The notes beneath the pieces were generated by a model, which worked only from the letters and a program-made list of their open reading frames with translations, was not told the DNA's origin and searched no databases. Shown here piece by piece: positions 1 to 4,723 of a stretch of DNA of 4,723 nucleotides. This stretch comes from a virus (Duplodnaviria; Heunggongvirae; Uroviricota; Caudoviricetes): the IMG/VR virus record IMGVR_UViG_2703718868_000011; one strand, given 5' to 3'. Position 1 is the stretch's first letter. Each line of letters begins with the position of its first letter. The position numbers and the translations under genes were made by a program.

Positions 1-879
1 ATGAGCAAAAAGCAGAGTTCCACCCCACACGATGCGCTGTTCAAACTCTTTTTACGCCAACCGGACACGGCTCGTGATTTTCTTGCGTTTCATTTACCGG
101 CACCCATTCACGCGCTTTGTGATATGAAAACCCTCAAGCTGGAGTCGAGCAGCTTTATTGATGACGATCTGCGTGAAAGCTATTCCGATGTGCTGTGGTC
201 GGTGAAAACGGAACAAGGACCAGGATACATCTATTGTCTGATTGAACATCAAAGCACCTCAAACAAACTGATCGCATTTCGCATGATGCGTTACGCTATT
301 GCCGCAATGCAAAATCACCTTGATGCCGGATACAAAACGTTGCCGATGGTGGTGCCATTGTTGTTTTACCACGGTATTGAAAGCCCCTATCCCTATTCGC
401 TGTGTTGGCTGGATTGTTTCGCCGATCCCAAACTGGCAAGGCAGCTTTATGCCTCCGCATTTCCGCTGATTGATGTCACCGTCATGCCTGATGATGAAAT
501 CATGCAGCACCGACGTATGGCGCTGCTGGAGTTAATTCAAAAACATATTCGTCAACGCGACCTGATGGGGCAGGTAGAGCAAATGGCCTGCTTATTAAGT
601 AGTGGATACGCTAATGACAGACAAATCAAAGGGCTGTTTAATTACATACTGCAAACCGGCGACGCGGTACGTTTTAACGATTTTATCGACGGCGTTGCCG
701 AACGTTCACCGAAACACAAGGAGAGTTTAATGACAATTGCGGAAAGATTGCGGCAGGAGGGGGAACAATCCAAAGCCCTGCATATAGCCAAAATAATGCT
801 TGAATCCGGAGTCCCTCTTACAGACATCATGCGCTTTACCGGGGTGTCAGAAGAAGAGTTGGCTGCGGCGAGCCAGTAA
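1..879 (+). CDS. Rpn-family recombination-promoting nuclease (YhgA-like, PD-(D/E)xK fold)
   Basis: Complete 292-aa ORF, ATG at 1, TAA at 877-879. N-terminal [10 protein letters not shown] motif and an Asp ... EHQ ... K arrangement (SYSDVLW / [10 protein letters not shown]) typical of YhgA/Rpn PD-(D/E)xK nucleases. Length fits E. coli RpnA-E (about 290-300 aa). The paralogue cannot be assigned without an alignment. Its promoter lies upstream of the window. Confidence 0.8.
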   Translation: MSKKQSSTPHDALFKLFLRQPDTARDFLAFHLPAPIHALCDMKTLKLESSSFIDDDLRESYSDVLWSVKTEQGPGYIYCLIEHQSTSNKLIAFRMMRYAIAAMQNHLDAGYKTLPMVVPLLFYHGIESPYPYSLCWLDCFADPKLARQLYASAFPLIDVTVMPDDEIMQHRRMALLELIQKHIRQRDLMGQVEQMACLLSSGYANDRQIKGLFNYILQTGDAVRFNDFIDGVAERSPKHKESLMTIAERLRQEGEQSKALHIAKIMLESGVPLTDIMRFTGVSEEELAAASQ

Positions 880-978
880 ATTTCTGTCTCGCCATTTCAA
901 AAGTTGCCTACACCCTCTGCTTCAACGCCACCAGCAGGTGGCATAAGGGGGTAGCATGTACCGCACCATCCCTTTATA

Positions 979-991
979 TATCAAATAGTTA
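979..991. promoter_or_regulatory. Candidate IHF binding site in the integrase-distal intergenic region (possible att arm)
   Basis: TATCAAATAGTTA matches the IHF consensus WATCAANNNNTTR at every defined position and follows an AT-rich tract (TTTATATA). It sits about 40 bp beyond the 3' end of the integrase gene, where att sites of integrase-encoding elements usually lie. The consensus is degenerate, so a chance match is possible. Confidence 0.3.
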
Positions 992-1032
992 CAAGTTCAA
1001 AGTGGTTCGAAATCGTGCCATTTAGTCCCCGT

Positions 1033-2028
1033 TTATGGGCAAAATCTGGACAACTCCGCAACCGGATTGAACCTTACCGCGTCCTGGAGATAATCAGGTG
1101 CAAAGTGCGCATAGGTCATTGTTTGCTGAATTGTGCTGTGCCCTAAAATACGCTGAAGGGTAATAATGTTCCCTCCATTTATCATGAAATGAGTTGCGAA
1201 TGTGTGCCGTAAAACATGCACAGACTGACCGACTGGTAAATCAGGCCGCACAGTCCTTATTGCACTTCTGACTATCGCATAACTGGGATTCATTAATCTT
1301 CCAGTCGCTTTGACTTTAATCAGAGATTCAAGATCTTTAGCTATAGGAATAACCCGCCGCGATCCATTCTTTGTCTCCATGAAAATAACCTTCCCACCAA
1401 TTATGTGTTCACCTTTAATATTGGCAACTTCACCCCAGCGCCCGCCTGTAGCCAGGCTTAACAATACAGCCTTAAGATTATCGCCAGATAAAAGTGCGGT
1501 TAGCCTGGGAATATCATCATGTGCAAGATAAGCCATTTCCGGCTGATTAATTGTTAGCTTGCGTATCTCGTGAAACGGGTTATCACCCACAAACTCTTCA
1601 ACATCAATCAGCTTTTCAAAGAAACCACTCATCATTGCACAATAACGATTTACCGTTGACTGCTTAATTCCGCGATTCATTAATTCAAGGCGATATCTGA
1701 TAATATTTTTTCGGGTTAAGTGGTCACTTCTGTTAATACCAAGCTCTTGCATATCACGAAGAACCGCTTCAATTCTGACCCGATTCATCGCGCCATAACG
1801 ATGATTCTTACCGTGGTACACCCACCACAGTTCCAGAAGATCGCTTAACGCTTTACGTTCAATAGGTTTTTCGACCCAGTCCTTATCGTGATAATGCGTC
1901 AGAACATGGCGTTCATACATCGCCGCTTCACCACGGGTAGGAAATCGCCGCCGAAATCTTCTTCCTTCAGATCCAGCAGGCCGCACGTCCACACAGTATT
2001 TGCCATCAGCGAGCTTCTTAATCGACAT
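1033..2028 (-). CDS. int: Tyrosine site-specific integrase, P2-like phage integrase family
   Basis: Minus-strand ORF. Preferred start is the ATG at 2028-2026 (MSIKKLADGKY...), preceded on the coding strand by GGGGG about 8 nt upstream; the track ORF extends to 2064 but that start has no ribosome-binding site. Stop is TAA (complement of 1033-1035). C-terminal catalytic signature is present: HVLRHTFATHF (His-x-x-Arg box), GHSTIQQTMTYAHF (catalytic Tyr). About 331 aa, close to P2 Int size. No terminator-like hairpin between the upstream repressor gene and int, suggesting co-transcription. Confidence 0.9.
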   Translation of the reverse strand: MSIKKLADGKYCVDVRPAGSEGRRFRRRFPTRGEAAMYERHVLTHYHDKDWVEKPIERKALSDLLELWWVYHGKNHRYGAMNRVRIEAVLRDMQELGINRSDHLTRKNIIRYRLELMNRGIKQSTVNRYCAMMSGFFEKLIDVEEFVGDNPFHEIRKLTINQPEMAYLAHDDIPRLTALLSGDNLKAVLLSLATGGRWGEVANIKGEHIIGGKVIFMETKNGSRRVIPIAKDLESLIKVKATGRLMNPSYAIVRSAIRTVRPDLPVGQSVHVLRHTFATHFMINGGNIITLQRILGHSTIQQTMTYAHFAPDYLQDAVRFNPVAELSRFCP

Positions 2029-2094
2029 AAGGAAGCCCCCCAATGAAAACATCATCTTGATCACAATTTTGAGAAATAAAGGCCAGATGGACCG

Positions 2095-2394
2095 TTAACC
2101 AGTCTTCTTGCCGGAGTGGGATGATTCCGCTTCGCTTTGCCCAATGTGTGCGAGAGCCGGTACCACCTGCCCGGCCTTTGGTTCGACCTCATCGAACAAA
2201 AACCAGTCACGGTATTTACGGAAACGAGCGTGCCGCAAAAGAAGGATCCCAAAATCAAGAGGCATCTTAGATTTCCCACTTTCATAGCCATGATATGTAT
2301 AGTAATTAATTCCAATTAAATCAGATAGTTCCTTCATTTTCATCCGTTCAGACTCTCTGATAAGTTTTAATTTCTCATTTTGCGGTATTGACAT
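2095..2394 (-). CDS. Small HTH (XRE-like) immunity repressor, P2 C-type by size and position
   Basis: The 117-aa track ORF was re-started at the internal ATG 2394-2392 (MSIPQNEKLKL...), giving 99 aa, with GGAG (complement of 2407-2410) about 12 nt upstream. Helix-turn-helix pattern in MKELSDLIGINYYTYHGYESGKSKMP. It lies directly upstream of int on the same strand and diverges from the rightward early operon, as does the C repressor of P2 (also about 99 aa). Confidence 0.75.
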   Translation of the reverse strand: MSIPQNEKLKLIRESERMKMKELSDLIGINYYTYHGYESGKSKMPLDFGILLLRHARFRKYRDWFLFDEVEPKAGQVVPALAHIGQSEAESSHSGKKTG

Positions 2395-2416
2395 AATTTT
2401 TCTAATCTCCAATAAT
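2388..2416 (+). promoter_or_regulatory. Candidate rightward early promoter (Pe-like), sigma70-type
   Basis: TTGACA at 2388-2393 (perfect -35), a 17-nt spacer, then AATAAT at 2411-2416 (5/6 match to TATAAT). Predicted start near 2423-2425, about 78 nt upstream of the ATG at 2502. The -35 overlaps the repressor start codon on the other strand. Confidence 0.4.
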
Positions 2417-2418
2417 TT

Positions 2419-2436
2419 TTGTGTATAGCAACACAA
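2419..2436. promoter_or_regulatory. Inverted repeat TTGTGT-N6-ACACAA, candidate operator of the lysis/lysogeny switch
   Basis: Perfect 6-bp arms (TTGTGT / ACACAA) around a 6-bp spacer ATAGCA. It overlaps the predicted start of the rightward promoter and the -10 of the leftward promoter candidate. Confidence 0.4.
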
Positions 2437-2448
2437 GAATAGTCGCAA
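2422..2448 (-). promoter_or_regulatory. Candidate leftward repressor/integrase promoter (Pc-like)
   Basis: On the minus strand, TGcTATACA (complement of 2430-2422) is an extended -10-like element with TTGCGA (complement of 2448-2443) upstream. The spacer is only about 15 nt, so the -35 assignment is weak. The predicted start near 2415 would give a short leader with the GGAG before the repressor ATG. Confidence 0.25.
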
Positions 2449-2501
2449 TTGGTTCTACATGGTCCCTATTCGAAAAAGGGGCCAATAACGGAGGATACCA
2501 G

Positions 2502-2927
2502 ATGCAAGAAGTCACTCAAAACGCGCCTGAATCGCCTGCCGAAACACAGTGCGATCAGTTGACAGATGCGCCAGAAACCGCACACCTGAAGACCAGCCGC
2601 AAAGCCCCTGAACGCCAGGAAATCCGGCTTTCACAAAACCCTTCTCATCTCCTGTCAAAAGAAGGGTTTGCGATGTATATCGGCAAGACCGTTGACGCCA
2701 TCGTGAGCATGGCAAAAGCAGGGAAATTACCCGCTGTGTACATGGCGGACCCTCTCAAGCCTGGCGGAAACGCCGAACTCTACATCAACCGGAAAGCGTG
2801 GGATGAAGCCTGCGATCGACTCACTGAAAACGCACCGCAAGAATGGCACGAATGGGAAAACCGACTTTTTTTATTTAAGCCAGCAGCTGGTTCACGGAAT
2901 AAACGCATCAGTAAAAAAGCTGCGTGA
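2502..2927 (+). CDS. Excisionase/Cox-like winged-helix DNA-binding protein, first gene of the rightward early operon
   Basis: ATG at 2502 preceded by GGAGG (2489-2493) 8 nt upstream; TGA at 2925-2927; 141 aa. The track ORF begins at a GTG at 2421 with no ribosome-binding site. The segment FAMYIGKTVDAIVSMAKAGKLPAVYMADP resembles the DNA-binding core of Xis/Cox/AlpA-type proteins. Alternative start at ATG 2673 (GAAGGG 6 nt upstream) would give 84 aa, closer to the sizes of P2 Cox and 186 Apl. Position matches cox/apl in P2-like phages. Confidence 0.65.
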   Translation: MQEVTQNAPESPAETQCDQLTDAPETAHLKTSRKAPERQEIRLSQNPSHLLSKEGFAMYIGKTVDAIVSMAKAGKLPAVYMADPLKPGGNAELYINRKAWDEACDRLTENAPQEWHEWENRLFLFKPAAGSRNKRISKKAA

Positions 2928-2957
2928 TATAGAACTGGCAATCATTGGAGGGGCAAG

Positions 2958-3188
2958 ATGATTAAACACACGGAAATCAGACAAAGAATAAAAATAAGCG
3001 ACGACGCTTCAGTAATAATCTGTAATCAGAACTTAGATGCCATTGTTCGGGCTGGCAACGATTTGTATTTCCATTACCCGACCCATTGCATCGTTGTGAC
3101 ATTTGAAACAGAAGAGTCCTTAAAAAATGCAATGGAGCAGACAGGATTTCAGAATGAAACAGTAATAAGAAAAGACAACTGGGCATAA
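2958..3188 (+). CDS. Hypothetical small protein (76 aa), early operon
   Basis: ATG 2958 with GGAGG (2947-2951) 6 nt upstream; TAA at 3186-3188. Only 30 nt after the preceding stop. No recognisable motif. Confidence 0.6.
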   Translation: MIKHTEIRQRIKISDDASVIICNQNLDAIVRAGNDLYFHYPTHCIVVTFETEESLKNAMEQTGFQNETVIRKDNWA

Positions 3189-3240
3189 ATGCCAATACAC
3201 CGTTATTTCAATTCTTTTAACTTAAGCGGGTTTTTCCGAT

Positions 3241-3576
3241 ATGACACAGCGACGCAACTTCCGCACTGGCACAGAACGCCACGCAGCCCGTTTCTCAACC
3301 AGTGCATCACGCAGCAACACGCACTACAGCCTGCAGGAAACGCACGCCACACCTGACGGGCATCCGGTTAAACAAACCGGTAAACACACCTGGCTGATTA
3401 ATGATGCCGGAATTGTCATTCACCGGGGCGCACGCAACCCGATTACCGGGAATACCTGTTACTCCCTGACTCGCGGAGATGAGCAGTTCGGGCAGGATTT
3501 CACCCTGCACGAAGCATTAAGAACGGCAGACCGATTAATCAGCGGTCGCAGTTTTCAGCATCCATGGGGGAATTAA
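3241..3576 (+). CDS. Hypothetical protein (111 aa) in a GC-rich segment; coding status uncertain
   Basis: Longest ORF in the segment and on the operon strand, but there is no ribosome-binding site before ATG 3241 and the N-terminal half is Arg/Thr/Ser/His-rich and low in complexity. The C-terminal half (WLINDAGIVIHRGARNPITGNTCYSLTRGDEQFGQDFTLHEALRTADRLISG) looks more protein-like. Its stop (TAA 3574-3576) lies 3 nt before the next start. Confidence 0.4.
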   Translation: MTQRRNFRTGTERHAARFSTSASRSNTHYSLQETHATPDGHPVKQTGKHTWLINDAGIVIHRGARNPITGNTCYSLTRGDEQFGQDFTLHEALRTADRLISGRSFQHPWGN

Positions 3577-3579
3577 TAC

Positions 3580-3834
3580 ATGGCAACAACGACAAAAGAC
3601 ATGGCAGAGATAGCATCAGCCTACACAATTATCATACACCGGCTCATAGCTAATAATGCCCGTAATGCACTAAATACAGCAAAACCTTTATGGGAAACAA
3701 AAAAAGATATCATCAGCGCATTACAGGGGCTACAGAAATGCGCCGACCTCGCAGGCGATTACGCCGCATACATGGCTATTGAAGACACGATAGAGAAGAT
3801 TGAATCAGGTAAATCATTAAGCGATTTTGTTTAA
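3580..3834 (+). CDS. Hypothetical small protein (84 aa), early operon
   Basis: ATG 3580 with GGGGG (3566-3570) 9 nt upstream; TAA at 3832-3834. Tightly packed behind the previous ORF. Composition suggests a helical protein; no motif recognised. Confidence 0.6.
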   Translation: MATTTKDMAEIASAYTIIIHRLIANNARNALNTAKPLWETKKDIISALQGLQKCADLAGDYAAYMAIEDTIEKIESGKSLSDFV

Positions 3835-3854
3835 TTGTTTTCCGGGGAAATACA

Positions 3855-4097
3855 ATGGACAAAGAATATAAGGTTCTCATCAATAAAGCCCTTGAGCGCT
3901 TTAACTTTCGCCTGAGTATGTCAGGAGTTGCCGCAGAACATGCAGCAAGAGACTCACTGACCAGAGCAATTCGCAGCCTGTATGATGCAGCTTTTTACGC
4001 TGACGATCTGGATGCTCTCAATGAGCTGTCTGAGCTTGTTCGTGATGCAGAATGCGGAGTACATATTGAGCCATACGCACTTGGGAATGCAGCATGA
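3855..4097 (+). CDS. Hypothetical small acidic protein (80 aa), early operon
   Basis: ATG 3855 with GGGGAAA about 7 nt upstream; TGA at 4095-4097, which overlaps the next start as ATGA. No motif recognised. Confidence 0.6.
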   Translation: MDKEYKVLINKALERFNFRLSMSGVAAEHAARDSLTRAIRSLYDAAFYADDLDALNELSELVRDAECGVHIEPYALGNAA

Positions 4098-4219
4098 GCG
4101 TATTTCTTTCATGGGTGATTCTGATTATTTCCGTGCTTATGGCGATTGGCATTATGCGAATTATCGAAGCGCTGAAAAATATCGAATCTTTATTTACTGG
4201 CGAAGAACGCCGTAAATAA
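4094..4219 (+). CDS. Small hydrophobic protein (41 aa), predicted single transmembrane helix; not in the supplied ORF track
   Basis: ATG 4094-4096 overlaps the upstream stop (ATGA), a typical translational-coupling arrangement; GGGA lies about 8 nt upstream. Translation: MSVFLSWVILIISVLMAIGIMRIIEALKNIESLFTGEERRK. Residues 3-24 form a hydrophobic stretch, followed by a charged tail. TAA at 4217-4219. It fills a gap of about 200 bp in an otherwise tightly packed operon. Confidence 0.45.
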   Translation: MSVFLSWVILIISVLMAIGIMRIIEALKNIESLFTGEERRK

Positions 4220-4298
4220 ATAACCAACCGGACAGAAAACATTAAAACCATCCGCATCTGCGGAGGGCTTCACTCAATCCAGAAACGGAGAAACAGCT

Positions 4299-4577
4299 AT
4301 GAGCACCAATACACCTACAGAAATAAACAAACTATTTACCGACCCGGCGCATATTGAATTGACGCAAAAAACGCTGACTGAAATAACCAATGTACTGGAT
4401 GAAAGAATATCAGAAATAGATAAAGACAAGCATTTTGCCACCTACATGGCCCTGCAAATGCAAAGCATGGCAATGGTGACAGCAAAACAGACCATCAGTG
4501 AACTCTATATGAAAAACCTGCGCCTCGAGCGCGAACTGGCAGAACTCCGGGCACAGTCCGGCCAGTTTTCAGCGTGA
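4299..4577 (+). CDS. Hypothetical protein (92 aa) with a likely coiled-coil C-terminus
   Basis: ATG 4299 with GGAG (4287-4290) 8 nt upstream; TGA at 4575-4577. The C-terminal LYMKNLRLERELAELRAQ is heptad-like. No motif recognised. Confidence 0.6.
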   Translation: MSTNTPTEINKLFTDPAHIELTQKTLTEITNVLDERISEIDKDKHFATYMALQMQSMAMVTAKQTISELYMKNLRLERELAELRAQSGQFSA

Positions 4578-4588
4578 GGGGCAGGTCG

Positions 4589-4723
4589 ATGAACAGCATA
4601 TTTACCGCCACCATGCTGACGCGTTTCACCGATGCCGTGGGCCACGAGTTCATGGTGGAAAGTCATTTGATCACAACGACCACGCCGTGCCCGTCAGACG
4701 CTGATTATCTCTACATCCATCTG
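4589..4723 (+). CDS. 5' end of a further gene, truncated by the window edge (product unknown)
   Basis: ATG 4589 with GAGGGG (4576-4581) about 8 nt upstream, 11 nt after the previous stop. Open for 45 codons to the window end (MNSIFTATMLTRFTDAVGHEFMVESHL...). By position in a P2-like early operon it could start a larger replication gene, but the sequence itself shows nothing that confirms this. Confidence 0.45.
   Translation, partial: MNSIFTATMLTRFTDAVGHEFMVESHLITTTTPCPSDADYLYIHL

Noticed and set aside
259-830. Minus-strand ORFs 259-510 (83 aa) and 642-830 (62 aa)
   Set aside because: Both lie antisense inside the well-supported Rpn nuclease ORF, have no ribosome-binding sites and unremarkable products; treated as frame noise.
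927-942. GC hairpin GCCACC-AGCA-GGTGGC as an intrinsic terminator for the nuclease gene
   Set aside because: No T-run follows on either strand, so it does not meet the usual terminator pattern. Kept only as part of the att-region observation.
1003-1017. GGTTCGAAA resembling a tRNA T-loop, as a possible tRNA 3' remnant at the attachment site
   Set aside because: Flanking bases do not form the T-stem or an acceptor stem and there is no CCA end, so no tRNA or tRNA fragment can be supported.
1310-1531. Plus-strand ORF of 73 aa
   Set aside because: Antisense to the integrase coding sequence; no ribosome-binding site; proline/arginine-rich product typical of the reverse frame of a real gene.
2029-2064. 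Upstream extension of the integrase ORF to the ATG at 2064 (MIKMMFSLGGFL...)
   Set aside because: No ribosome-binding site before that ATG, while the ATG at 2028 has a G-rich one at proper spacing; the extension adds 12 hydrophobic residues not expected on an integrase.
2061-2319. ORFs 2061-2315 (minus, 84 aa) and 2137-2319 (plus, 60 aa)
   Set aside because: Both overlap the repressor gene in an alternative frame or antisense; the repressor frame has the HTH motif and ribosome-binding site, these do not.
2421-2501. GTG start at 2421 for the Cox-like gene, as in the track ORF
   Set aside because: It has no ribosome-binding site, lies inside the promoter/operator region, and would translate the inverted repeat. 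The ATG at 2502 has a perfect GGAGG.
2512-2715. Minus-strand ORF of 67 aa
   Set aside because: Antisense to the Cox-like gene, no ribosome-binding site.
2977-3195. Minus-strand ORF of 72 aa
   Set aside because: Antisense to the 76-aa early-operon ORF, which has a strong GGAGG ribosome-binding site; no signal for the antisense frame.
3307-3510. Minus-strand ORF of 67 aa in the GC-rich segment
   Set aside because: Shorter than the plus-strand ORF, opposite to the operon direction, no ribosome-binding site. Not fully excluded, because the plus-strand ORF is itself uncertain.
3982-4215. Plus-strand ORF of 77 aa from the track
   Set aside because: Starts inside the 80-aa ORF without a ribosome-binding site and its product has no coherent character. 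The 41-codon frame starting at 4094 with ATGA coupling explains the same DNA better.
4018-4257. Minus-strand ORF of 79 aa
   Set aside because: Antisense to the early operon, no ribosome-binding site.

Overview
The window holds two modules. (1) Positions 1-879: a complete Rpn/YhgA-family PD-(D/E)xK nuclease gene, with a strong in-frame internal ribosome-binding site and ATG that could produce a short C-terminal isoform. (2) Positions ~880-4723: the integrase-proximal arm of a P2-like temperate element (prophage or satellite). It has a candidate att/IHF region, a leftward tyrosine integrase and small HTH repressor, an intergenic switch with opposed promoter candidates around an inverted repeat, and a rightward early operon. 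That operon starts with an excisionase/Cox-like gene and continues with six small ORFs of unknown function, including a 41-codon hydrophobic ORF missing from the supplied track and a GC-rich segment that looks compositionally foreign. The window ends inside the 5' end of a further gene. No rRNA, tRNA, CRISPR array or IS element was recognised. All calls come from reading the sequence and from remembered family features; no database search was run.
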